A stretch of DNA of 56,074 nt from Chiloscyllium plagiosum. Taxonomy: Eukaryota. Below, in pieces: positions 24,456 through 36,229 of the stretch (its first letter is position 1; the number at the start of each line of letters is the position of its first letter). Position numbers and translations under genes: made by a program. The notes under the pieces were generated by a model. That model worked only from the letters and a program-made list of their open reading frames with translations. It was not told the origin of the DNA and made no database searches. Location: the NCBI RefSeq assembly GCF_004010195.1, contig NC_057752.1, forward strand, positions 3,838,726-3,894,799, read 5' to 3'.

Positions 24456-25114
24456 TGGGTCTGTTTTTTCTTTTAAATCTAGGAGTGCAATCCTACATAA
24501 GCAAATGTTTCTTTTTCCCCCCATCACCAAATCACCGTGACTTTTTTTTTGGTTGTAACTATTAACCACCACCAGTAAACCACCTGTGGTAACCAATTAG
24601 AAGTTTACATGCAAAGCCCATGAAGGGCAATGCAAATGATCAAAGTGAGGGAGGGGAAGGGAGAGGGCATCAATGATTGGTCACAATTGCACAAACCAAT
24701 CAGCTACATATTGTTGGCCAAATTTCAGTCTGCGCACACTCCTGACACTGTGCCATCTACAAACAGCTTCCCACATTATTTGAACAAAGCAGCAGTGTAA
24801 ACAGCACACACAGTGAGTTTCAGTAACTCACCTTTAGAAGTGCAACAATTCCTCTCACGGTCCTTTCTTTTCCCCCATTTTAGTCTACAATCAAAAATAC
24901 AGAAAATAACATGATGCAGTCTTTAAAAAGCTAACACAGACCCCAAAAGCTGCTAGCACTGAACATAGGTCTGTGGCATGTGAAAGTAAGTCAGAAATCA
25001 TTTTTTACTTCAATATCAAATATCAGGCCATCAATCACAATTATACACAGAATGCTTCACATTTTTGTTCTCTCAGTTCCTCCCTATACACTGAATCCAC
25101 CATCTGCTCTTCCA

Positions 25115-25380
25115 ACATAGAATCCCTTCAGTGTGGAAGCAGGCCATTCAGCCCATTGAGTCCATACCAACCCTCTGAAGAGAGCCCCACCTCCCTACCA
25201 TATCCCTGTATCCCTGCATTTCTTGTGGCTATTCCACCGAACCTGCATATCTTTGGACTGTGGGAGGAAACCAATACAGACATGGGGAGAATGTACAAAC
25301 TCCACTCAGACAGTCACCCAAATCAAACCCAGGTCCCCGGTGCTGTGACGCAGCAGTGCTAACCACTGAGCCACCATGCC
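25115..25380 (-). mobile_element. HE1/V-SINE
   Basis: GGCATGGTGGCTCAGTGGTTAGCACTGCTG head on minus. Confidence 0.8.
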
Positions 25381-25469
25381 ACTCTTGGTCGTGGTCGTTG
25401 TCCACATTGTCATCATAACTGCTTTTTATCGATTGTGTATAATCTTGATTATTTGAAGCCCCTGCATTG

Positions 25470-25790
25470 GTCCCTTGGAGGGCAAGACTGGGGTGTTAAT
25501 AATGGGAAATGAAAAAATGGCAGAGACTTTGAACAAGTATTTTGATTCGAGCTCCATAGTAGAATGGACAATAAGGTATCTCAAGAATATTAGACAATTA
25601 AGAGGCAAAAGGGAAGAACATCACAGTCACTTGAGGAAAAAGTGCTGGGAAAACTAATGGACAAAAAAAACTGACAAGTCCCCAGAATTGATGACTTGAA
25701 TTCCAGGGTCTTAAATAAAGTTGTATAGTATATGCATGATTTGTTCTCTTCCAAAATTCCTTAGATTCTGGAGAGAGTCCCGCAAATCTT
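25470..25790 (+). mobile_element. CR1-type LINE internal fragment
   Basis: MGNEKMAETLNKYF...DKSPE motifs of the CR1 ORF2 linker. Confidence 0.6.
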
Positions 25791-26542
25791 TACACTGTAA
25801 ATTAGACACTGCAATTTGGTGTCACAAGCACATTTTATAACATTATTATTAATAGCAGCAAAATGTAAAGAAAAAGAACCCAAAGCTAACTCCAAACTGT
25901 CCTGGACAGAGAATCTCCATTTGTCACTATCACTGGCTTTCTATTGCCAGCTATCTTGCTATCTGTGCAGCTGTTACATCAATGATACAATGAGAATTGA
26001 TCTTCTCTCAAGTCTCATTTGTGGAGCCTCATCAAATGCCTGCTGAAAATCCAAATAATTCCATTCAATGGATCTTTCTCACCCACTAACTTAGTCACCT
26101 TCTTAAAGAAGCCCACTGCATTTGTGAAGGATGATACGTGTCTGTTAAAACCATTCTGCCTTTTCCCCATGAACTTAACATGCTTCAGATCTATGTCAAT
26201 AGTATTGTGTAAGATACCCTATAGATTTTTTTAAAAAACAGGTGTCACTGGCTCAAGGCTAGAATCTGGTTTTTTTTGGATATTATAGCTTCTCATGCAG
26301 CTTTCTAGTTCTCAGATATAGCTCTTGTATTATGAAGCTTATTAAAACATTATCCAACCTCCTCACCTAGTCATCATTCGATTGCTTAAGATAACAGGAC
26401 ATAGCCTATCATTAAATACCCGATGGTAATCAAACACTTTGAGTCAAGACAGACCAGATGGACCACCTGGCATCAGAAACAACAACGGCAAACATAGCCT
26501 GGTTAAACTTGCAAAGTCCTCCTTGCCATCATACGGACATAA

Positions 26543-26905
26543 GAAACAGGAGCAGGAGTGGCCTACCTGACCCCTCCAGCCTGCTCCACCATTCACCAAG
26601 AGCATGGCTGATCCTTTCGAGGATTCAGCTCCACTTACCCGCCCTCTCACCATAATCCTTAATTCCTTTACTGCTCAAATATCTATCTGTGCCTTAAAAC
26701 CATTCAGTGAGGTAGCCTCAACTGCTTCACTGGGCAGGAAATTCCACAGATACACAACCCTTTGGGTTCCTCCTCAACTCAGGCCAAGATCTGGTCCCCT
26801 TTGACGCTAAGACCCCTAGATCTAGTTTCGCCCACCAGTGGAAATAACCTCCCTGCTTCTATCTTGTCTATTCCCTTCATCATTTTATATGCTTCTGTAA
26901 GATCA
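26543..26905 (-). mobile_element. CR1-type LINE 3' end
   Basis: Minus strand RVVYLWNFLPSEAVEA and tail CCACTCCTGCTCCTGTTTCTTATG. Confidence 0.75.
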
Positions 26906-27158
26906 CACCCCCATCATTCTTCATTCATCAGCTGATCTAATGCCAAAATTGGGAGAGATGTCCCATGTATTAGTCAAGCAGCTGCCTGACATAGACATCA
27001 TAGTTAAACTCATGGAATCATACCTTACAGACAATGTCTCAGACACCACCATCGCCATCTTTGGGTCAATCCTGCCCTTTGGCAGCACAGACTCAACAGC
27101 AGTGGCAGCACTGTGGAATACAGTTGGGAAGGAATTGCCCTGGGAGTCTTCAACGTTC

Positions 27159-27885
27159 GGCTGGTTTTTACCAGAAAATTAGCTAAGTGTCAATTTTGGG
27201 ATGTTTTGTGGGGGGTTTTCTGATTATATCTTCCCAAACCTACCTCAGTACCTATGTGTCAAGCCCCCAACCCCATTGTATTCTTCCACTCAACACAGGC
27301 TGCTGCTGGGACCTCCCTGGATTTCTGCCATCTGCACCACCTTTAAAACCAAGTTGTACACTGGGTCAGGCACTCTGCAGCTGCCCATCATAGTTCCTGT
27401 CAGTTGCCTCAGAGGGTAATTGTCACCCTACTTTACTGACAGGGACCTGGAGGTCCTGGTGGATTGGGAGGGGGGGGGGGGGGGGGAGGGGGGTGGAGAA
27501 TGTGTAGTCATTGCCCATGGAGTGTGCCCTGAGATGTTGGTGATTGACAAGGTCCAGACGAGCAAGCAGTGCTTTGGAGTCACAAGGTTACTGATCTGAC
27601 TTTCATGTTCGGAATTGTCTCCATCTACTTTCTATCCTGAGGATGGGAGAATGGGAATATCAATGAGGTCAGGTGATGTCACTATGAGATGTTAATATAT
27701 GCTGATCCATGGAAATCAGCCTCTCGCCGCTCACTAATGAGAATCTCATCTCACTGTTCAACACTCCTTTGGAAAATGCGACTTTTTGCTGTTGATGGTA
27801 GGAAGCTCCTTACAACTGATCCTACACGAGTTTCCCAACATTCTCACCAATGTCCATGTCCTTCAGGAGCTGGGAAGATTGGCAA
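27159..27885 (+). mobile_element. PIF/Harbinger relic with Myb/SANT-like ORF fragment, nested in the LINE
   Basis: PYFTDRDLEVLVD (~27426-27464), then KQC and, in another frame, HKVTDL (~27563-27598), resembling F.D.DLE.L.....QC.KK..DL. The LINE sequence stops at ~27158 and resumes at ~27890. Confidence 0.55.
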
Positions 27886-28552
27886 TACATCCCATAAAAT
27901 CTCTTGGCCTCAGGTCAAACGTGGGCAAGGAAAGCTCCCTCTCCCTCACATACTGCCCCCGCCCCCACCCCCAGCATTGGCTGATGAATCAGTACTCTTC
28001 CATGTTTAACATCATTTGGAGCAAGCATTGAGGGTGGCCAAGGTAAAGGATGTACTCTGGGTGGGAGATTTCAATGTCCACTCCAAATGTAGCTTGATAG
28101 CACCATTACAGATCGAGCTGGTTGGGTCCGAAAGGACATAGGTGCTAGACTGGGTCTGTGGCAGTTGGTAAGGGAACCAGCTAGAGGGGAAAAATATACT
28201 CTGACTCATCACCACCTATCTACCTGTCACATGTATATCCATCCATGACCGCACTGGCAAGAGTGACCATTACATAAGCCTTGTGAAGATGAAGTCACAC
28301 CTTCACACTGAGGAGATTTTCCATTGTGTTAGATGGCACTCCACAGTGCTAAATGGTGCAGACTATGAACACCTCTATCAACTCAAAACTGGAGATCCAT
28401 GAGTCACTGTGGGCCATCAGCAACAGTAGAATTGTATTCAATCACAGGCTGTAATGTCATGGCCCAGCATATCTTCCTCTTTACTATTACCATCAAACCA
28501 GGAGATCGACTCTGGTTCGATGGAGAGTGCAAGAGGGCATACCAGGAGCAGC

Positions 28553-28751
28553 GTCGAGAATGTGGTGCTGGAAAAGCACATCAGGTCAGGTAGCATCCGA
28601 GGAGCAGGAGAATCGATGTTCATCAGAAGGGCTTATGCCCGAAACGTCGATTCTCCTGCTCCTCGGATGCTACCTGACCTGCTGTACTTTTCCAGCACCA
28701 CACTCTCAGCTCTGATCTCCAGCATCTGCATGGCTCACTTTTTCCAAGTTG
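28553..28751. mobile_element. Palindromic PLE family A mini-element with 14-bp TSD
   Basis: Inverted arms ~28556-28620 and ~28643-28708. ATACCAGGAGCAGC at 28539-28552 and 28752-28765. The hammerhead remnant GAAGGGCTTATGCCCGAAACGTC starts at the inversion junction. Confidence 0.8.
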
Positions 28752-30449
28752 ATACCAGGAGCAGCAACAGACATATCTAAAAATGAGATGTTAATCTTGT
28801 GAAGCGACAATACAGGACTGCTTGTGCCAAACAGCACAATCAGCAATTGATAGACAGAGCCAACAGATTCCACAACCAATGTATTGGATCTAAGCTCTGC
28901 CATCCTGCCACATCCAGTCATGAATGGTGGTGAACACAATTAAATAGCTCACTGAAGGAGGAGACTCCACAAATATTCTCATCCTCAATGATGGGGAGTG
29001 CACCACATTCTTGATAAAAACACAGCTTAAATACTTGCACCTATCTTCAGTGAGAACTGCCGAATAGATGATCCATCTCAGTCTATTCCTGGTCCCCAGC
29101 ATTACAGATACCAGTCTTCAATCGATTTAATTCACTTCACATGATATCAAGAAACAACTGAAGGTTCTGGATACTGCAAAGGCTACGGGCCCTGACAACA
29201 TTCCAGCAAGTGTACTGAAGACTTGTGCTCCCAACCTTGCCGCTCCCCTAGCCAAGCTGGTCCAGTACAGTTACAACACTGACATCCAACCGACAATGGG
29301 GAAAGTTGCCCAGGCATGTTCTATACATAAAAAATATCGCCTGGATATATTTGATTAATTACTGCCCCATCGATCTGCATCAATCATCAGTGAAGTGATG
29401 GAAGGTGTCATCCACAGTGCTATCAAGCAGCACCTGCTCAGCAATAACCTGCTCAGTGACACCCAGTTTGGGTTCCACCGGGGTCACTCAGCTCCTGACC
29501 TCATTATAGCCTTGGTTCAAACATGGACAAAAGAGCTGAATTCCAGAGGGGAGGGGAGAGGGACAGCCCTTGACATCAAGGCTGCATTCGACTGAGTGTA
29601 GCATCAAGGAGCCCTAGCAAACTGGAATCAGTGGATATTGGAGGTAAACTCGCCGCTGGTTGGAGTCATACCTGGCATATTGGGAGATGGTTGTGGTTGC
29701 TTAAGGTCAGTCATCTCAGCTCCAGGACATCTCTTCTGGAGTTCCTCAGGATAGTGTCCGCGCCCCAACCATCTTCAGCTGTTTATCAATGATTTTCCCC
29801 CTCCATCATAAGGTCAGATGTGGGGATGTTCGCCGACAATTGCACAATGTTCAGCACCATTTGTGACTCCTCAGATACCGAAGCAGTCCATGTTCAAATG
29901 CAACAAGATCTGGACAGTGTCCAAGCTTGGGCTGACAAGTGGCAAGTAACATTCACACCACACAAATGCCAGGCTATGACAATCTCCAATAAGAGACACT
30001 CTAATCACCGTCCCATGACATTCAATCGTGTTATCATCATTGAATCCCCCACTATGAACATCCTGAGGATTACCATTGACCAGAAACTGAACTGAGCTCA
30101 CCACATAAACACAGTGGCTACAAGAGCAGGGTCAGATGCTAGGAATACTGCGGTGAATAACACCTCCTGACTCCCCAAAGCCTGTCCACCATCTACAAGG
30201 CATAATACAGGAGTCCGATGGAATACTCCTCACTTGCCTGGATGGATGCAGCTCCAACAACACTTAAGAAGCTTGACACCATCCAGGACAAAGCTTCTGC
30301 TGTCAAATGTTCAAATTCTTCCATAAATGTTGCATGGTGATTGGTCTGGTCAAAGTTCCTTCATGACTGAAAATGGTTTTGAGCTTCTGAACCTAATGAA
30401 ACTGGTTTGGAATCTACAAAGCAAATAGATGTTAATGCTGTCTGATTTT

Positions 30450-31520
30450 ATTTCTTATTCATTTATGGGATGTGGGTATCCCTGGCTAGGCCAGCATTTA
30501 TTATTTATCCCAAATTGCCCTGGAGAAGGTTGCGGGGTGAGTTGCCTTGTTGAACTGCTGCTATCTGTGTGGTGTGGGTGCATCCGCATTGTTATTAGGA
30601 AAGGAGTTCCAGAATTTTAATCCAGCGACACTGAAGGAACAGCGAGATATTTCCAAGTAGTGTGTGGGTGGTGGTCCCAAGTATCTGCTGCTCTTATCCT
30701 TCTCGGTGGTACTGGTTGTGTGTTTGGAAGGCGCTAGGTACTAATCAAGCAGGTTGCTTTGTCCTGGATGGGGTTGAGCTTCAGGAGTGTTGTTGGAGCT
30801 GCACCCATCCAGGGCAAGTGGGGAGTATTCCATCACACTCCTGACTTGTGCCTTGCAGGTAATGGACACGTTTTAGGGAGACAGGAGGTGAGTTGCTTGT
30901 TGCAGAATTCCTTACCTTCGACTTGCCCTTGTAACTACGGTAATTATATGGCTGGTATAACTCAGTTTCTGATCAGTGGTAATCCCAGGATGTTGACCAT
31001 GGGGAATTCAGTACTTAGGGTACCATTGAATGTCAAGAGGCGATGGTTAGATTGTCACTTGTTGGATACAGTCATTGTCTTGCACTTTTGTGGTGCAAAT
31101 GTTGCTTGCCACTCGTCAGGCCAAGCCTGGGATGGTATCCAGGCCTTGCTGCATGTGGGCACAGACTGATTCATGTCTAAGAAGTTGCGAATGGTGTTGA
31201 ACATTGTGCAATCATCAGCAAACATCCCCACTTCAAAGCTTATGATGAAAGTATGGTTATTGACGAAGCAGTTGAATGTGGTTGGGCCTCGGACTCTATC
31301 CCGAGAAACTCCTGTGGAGATGTCCTGGAGCTGAGATGACTGGCCTCCAACAGCCACTACCATTTTCCTTTTGCTACATATGACTCCAAGCAGAGGAGAA
31401 CCTCCATCCACTGACACCTATTTATTCCAGTTTTGCCACACTTGGTCAAATGCGGTCTTGATGTTAAGGGTAGTCACTCTCACCTCACCTCTGGTGTTCA
31501 GCTCTTTTATTGATGTTCAG
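30450..31520 (-). mobile_element. CR1-clade LINE 3' part, internally deleted
   Basis: ORF 31055..31417(-) VGMFADDCTMF...WQATFAPQKC, and tail GGGCAATTTGGGATAAATAATAAATGCTGGCC on minus. Confidence 0.85.
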
Positions 31521-31525
31521 ATCCA

Positions 31526-31762
31526 GACTTTTTTTTTAACACAGAGAGTGGTTCATGTGTGGAATGAACGTCCAGAGGAAGTAATGGATGTGGGTACAGT
31601 TACAACATTTAACAGACATTTGGATAAGTACATGAATCAGAAATGTTTGGAGGGATATGGGCCAAGTGCAGACAAGTGGGACTAGTTTAGTTTGGGATTA
31701 TGGGTGGCATGGAGTGGTTAGACCAAAGGTTTTGTTTCTATGCAGTATGACTCTGTCACTCC
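31526..31762 (+). mobile_element. CR1-type LINE 3' end
   Basis: TQRVVHVWNERPEEVM motif and TATGACTCTG tail. Confidence 0.8.
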
Positions 31763-33813
31763 ATATGAATTACAGACAACAAAAACAATATATGCTGGAA
31801 ATACTCAGAAAGTCAGGCAGTATTCACAGAAAAAAATAATCAACTTCATGAAATTATATTTAAAAGTTGTCAAAATGCAACTCTACTCCATCTCAATGTT
31901 ACTTGCTGTATGTTGTATAAATCCTTTGCATGGTTGAGAATCTTTCTTCCACAGACTTTTGGCTTTCTTTTACCTTCTTATAGCACTCTACTGCCTGACT
32001 GACTACCACTTTCACAGCTCATTTGTCTTTCTCGAACTCTAGTGTCAGCTATTAGTCAAAACTAACTACCTTCTCCCAGAATAGAATTTGCCAGCCTAAC
32101 TTGACATTGCTGACTTCAAATGAACAGGATTGTTACAGCAGCAATGAGATTAAACAGTCACTGGGATGTCAATGTGTCCATACGTGTCTTCAGGTCAGTG
32201 ATTTAGATACTGCATCTGAAAACTAATATATATGTGACAGCCCTGGTATACTATGTATTTAACCCTTTGACAGCTAGGTTTTTCTCAATACAAGCAGTTT
32301 TAATAAGGTTAAACTCCCATAAATGCATAGGTGGAAATTTCAAAATATGGCACTGACCTGACATTTATCCCCAAACAAGACCAAAAGGCTATTGGTTCTT
32401 CAGTTACCTCAACCCTGAGGTGAAGGACAGAAACCTTATCTGTCTGACATCAATTATAATTTGCTCTTTTGCCATTGTAAAGTGTTCAAATCTACATCTG
32501 AGGTGTCTATCTTGTCCATATTTTGTATTCGACACTTTAATGTCATGTCAGTTCCAGGTTTTGCATTTGACGCTTAGGGCAGTATCTAGTTGTTGTCAGT
32601 GGAAGAGTTTGGAGGAGGTAACCCCCAACCCCCCAACCCTTAGATCTTCTAGCAATTGTCTTAGGGACCTTTTTCCCCCCCCAAGACTATTGACTGAATA
32701 TGAGAAAATGGACACTGCTTGCAAAAGGGGAGAATGTACGTAGTGCTTGCAGCTTGGGAAAAGCAGATTTGGACATGCGGAAAGATGACAAGAGCGAGCC
32801 CTGGTCCAGCAAAGCAGCCAGTGAATTAAAGACCAATCATTGCGGTGCAGTCAACAGAAGGCAACATCAAAAAATGGAGGCTTATAAATACATCTGGCTT
32901 TGTGATTTTGGACAAATGAAGTAGAATCATGTTCCTTTGATTAATTTTATCCCTCCACTTTTCGTTTATGTGTTTGTGCATGTGTGTGTGCACATGTGTG
33001 GGTTTCTTAAATGGGGTAAAGCTTAAGTTATATAAATTCAAAACAATGCCCATTTACTTTTATTATTAAAGTTAAGAGTGTTAGAATAAATGGAGGATTT
33101 TTTTTGCTGAAGTAATCTGGTGAGATTTGCTTTCTCCTGGGTAGCTGTCAGTCACAGGTAAATTGGAATTTCCAGTAGTTTCATTAAATCTTCACATTTG
33201 TCACAACTCCAGGAATAGTGGGACTTGATTTCTACTATCACTACCTCAGTGGATCATAATGTAGGCACTTGATCAGGAACTGGCTGGGTATTGACTTCAG
33301 TGAGCAACTCTGTGCTGTATGGTCAGTCCCTTGGTCGCGCATGGATTAGTGTAGACTGAGAAACATGCCCCTCACCTCCAAGAACAACTGACAGCCTACC
33401 TGTCCTGGTTAACCAGCTGGGTAGGATGACTCTCTCTCATTTGGCATTTGCTTCAGATCAATTAGAGAAGGCCTATAAATGCTGGGCTTCCCAACAAGAT
33501 CACTAAATCTTTGAATAGATTTTAAAAAGTTTCCCTTTCACCTTTATGCCTCAATTTCATTTTAAGACTGACATTAGGGTCACTTGTTTGAAGGATATTT
33601 CCTGCTGTCTTTCACCAATATGTTATTCTTCAGGTTCTTTAATACATCAGTGCAAATACTTCACTTTATCCTTAAATTCTTTTTATTGATTCTATTTTCC
33701 TTTCTAATTCAATTATTCTGACACTGAAAGAATAAACCAGCATTTATATTGTAGCAAGATAAGGTCTGGGATGTTAACAGAAGCTTGTCCATACCAATGT
33801 CACAATCCCTTGT

Positions 33814-34890
33814 CTAGGAAGGCCTCACACTGATTTTCTCACACTTCTTCTGAGATACACACTGGGAAAAACATGATGCACTTTTAGCTCCAGTAAAGAA
33901 TTTCATAATTGAGTCTTCCAAGGCAGCAAAGATGATTGTGAAGACAATTCTGGAGGCAAGAAAATAAGGATTTCCCTCCCTGAGGAGGCAGGAAATTCTC
34001 TACCCACAGGTAGTGGTATCTCTTCCAAACTTGCTCCTCTGTAGACAATGACATCTTGGGATCATCATCATCAGAAATTAGGAGTGCACCATCATTAATA
34101 ATAGAATGAATTTGAGGATTCAAAGCAATTGATGCTCTTGGACACATACATGATGGTTTGCATCCATAGGATATTCCTGCAAAATATTCTGATCTGCAGA
34201 CCTAAACAATAGTTCAACATGAGGGTCATGTATTTCCTTTACAAAAGCCTCACCAGCAATATGAAGGGTAGCTGGAGGCAGAATCTCTTCAGATAGTTGC
34301 TGCATAGCTAACACTTCCATCTGATGCTCTTGGAATCTCTTTAACGCAGGATGGTTTTTGTGCAGTCTTGTACTGCAATAGGAGTACTTCCATTTGTGAG
34401 ACCATTTCTAATCTGTGAATCTCTCTGCATGGCTTCCTGTGTGACTGCTAAGACTAGACTTTTAGTTCAGCAGCTCTTTTAAGTATTTAGACTTCTTCAA
34501 CGCTTCTGTAATTTTAATAAGTTCAAGCTCCATTTGACACTCAGCTTTAAGCTTCCCAAAGGTTTCCTTCAACTCGAGAAGCTCTAGTTTGTACCTTTGC
34601 TGTTTCAGTAAAAAGAAACTAGAGTACTCCCACGGGGTATTGATGAGATTCAGTTGCAGACTTCAGCTGTCACTTATGCCAATTAACAATCTCTGAACAT
34701 TCAATATTGCCTCAATCCAATTTGGACTTCAGCATTTTACTTTCCATGGATAGATATTCATTGGTTGCTTGCAATTGTTGAAATACATTTTGGTGGGCTA
34801 CCTCATCTTGATATACATGCAACAATGTGCAAAGATTATGCTCCATACGGTTGATTTCTGCTAATGAGATGGGTAACACTGCCTTGAACA
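33814..34890 (-). pseudogene. CLIP1: Decayed CLIP1 (CLIP-170)-like coiled-coil segment joined to an unrelated C-terminal region
   Basis: Minus strand from ~34870 reads ISLAEINRMEHNL...EVAHQNVFQQLQATNEYLSMESKMLKSKLD*GNIECSEIVNWHK*QLKSATESHQYPVGVL*FLFTETAKVQT/ELLELKETFGKLKAECQMELEL. By eye it aligns almost without gaps to human CLIP1 as I recall it ([97 protein letters not shown]). Stops at 34712-14, 34670-72 and 34619-21; frameshift at ~34586. AATAAA on minus at 33682-33687. Confidence 0.7.
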
Positions 34891-34891
34891 T

Positions 34892-35747
34892 AAGGCATAG
34901 GAGTCAAAGAAAACCATTCAGTTCATTGAATCATTGTGGCTGATCTGATAATCCTCAACTCCACTTACCCACCTTTCCCCCATAACTCTTGATTCCCTTG
35001 AATCTATCTCAGCCTTAAATATTCCTAATGACACAGTCTTGACAATCTTCTGTGGTAAGGAATTCCACAGATTCACTACACTCTGGGAGAATAAGTTCCT
35101 CATCACTGCCTTAACGGAGGGAGCCCTTACTTGGAAATTATGCCCTTTGGTTCTCGATGCTCCCACATGGGAAACAGCCTTTTAGCATCTACCTACTCAA
35201 GCCTCCTAAGAAGCTTATATGTCGAACAAGATTGCCTCTCATTCTACTCAACTTCCCCTGCACACCCAGGGGCAGCCTAGTGAACATTCTCTGGACTGCC
35301 TCCAGTGTCAGTTTATCTTTTCTTAGATAAGGGGAGCAAAACCATTCACAGTATTCTCAGAATGACTTAACTGGAGTCTTGTATACTTTTAGCAAGACAT
35401 CACTATTTCTATATTCCATTCCCTTTTTGAGAAAGGCGAACAGTACATTTGTCTTCCCTATTACCTGCTAGATATCTGTGATGCATGCAAAGGAAGCCCC
35501 GAAACCCTCTCTGCTGCAACTTCCTACAATCCTTCTCGGTTGAAATTACATTCAGTTCCTCTATTCTTCTGCTAAAAGCATCACCTCACATTTTCCCACA
35601 TTATATTCCAGCTGCCAAGATTTTGCCCACTCTCTTAACCTGTCTGTATCTCTCTGGAGATTCTGTATCATCATTACCACTGACTTCTCAATTACGTTGT
35701 GTGACATCTGCAAACTTGGCGATAGCCCATTCACTTCCCTCATCCAA
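34892..35747 (-). mobile_element. CR1-type LINE 3' portion abutting the 5' end of the CLIP1-like segment
   Basis: KFADV, LQRDTDRLREWAKSWQLEYNVGKC and FSQSVVNLWNSLP. Confidence 0.85.
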
Positions 35748-35835
35748 GTCATAGAGTCATAGAGATGTACAGCACGGAAACAGACCCTTCGGTCCAACCT
35801 GTCCATGCTGACCAGATATCCCAACCCAATCTAGT
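35748..35835 (-). mobile_element. Young CR1-type LINE tail
   Basis: GTCATAGAGTCATAGAGATGTACAGC...GACCCTTCGGTCC on plus. Confidence 0.8.
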
Positions 35836-35929
35836 GAAACATGAACCATGAAACATGGCAGGACAATGCAGGCATAATCATGAGGCGATTCAGGCTGTGA
35901 GAATAACCCATCACTTTCTTTTTCCCTGA

Positions 35930-36152
35930 CCCTAGGCCTCTTGGCTCTGAAGTAGGGACACTACCACTACATAAGAACCCCTTCCCTTTTTATCTTTATT
36001 TTTGTTCTCCTTGTACTCTTTATGTTTCTTATATCCATTTGTCTTAAAAAAAACTATTCAGAGATGTTGCGACACACCTCGGGACGGGTGGGACTTGAAC
36101 CTGAGCGTCCTGGGTCAGAGCTAGGGACATGACCACTACATCACAAGAGCCC
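35930..36152 (-). mobile_element. Two short tRNA-derived SINE copies
   Basis: TAGGGACA..ACCACTACAT and GGGACTTGAACC motifs. Confidence 0.55.
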
Positions 36153-36229
36153 TTCCTCTTTTGCTTTTTTTAAGTTCTTTATTTCTTATATCCAGAGATG
36201 CTGAAGTCCAATGAGCATCACCTATTCTC

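Larger units (their letters stand above)
26935..30295 (+). mobile_element. Long decayed CR1-clade LINE ORF2 (APE + RT) with nested insertions at ~27159-27885 and 28553-28751
   Basis: PKLGEMSHVLVKQLPDI, VLWVGDFNVH, SDH, QFGFHRGHS, ALDIKAAFD, GVPQDSV, MFADN and WADKWQVTF occur in the expected order, with stops and frameshifts. Confidence 0.9.

Noticed and set aside
24809..24815. CACAGTG heptamer near an octamer motif (possible Ig/TCR recombination signal)
   Set aside because: No nonamer at 12 or 23 bp spacing and no V/J coding segment.
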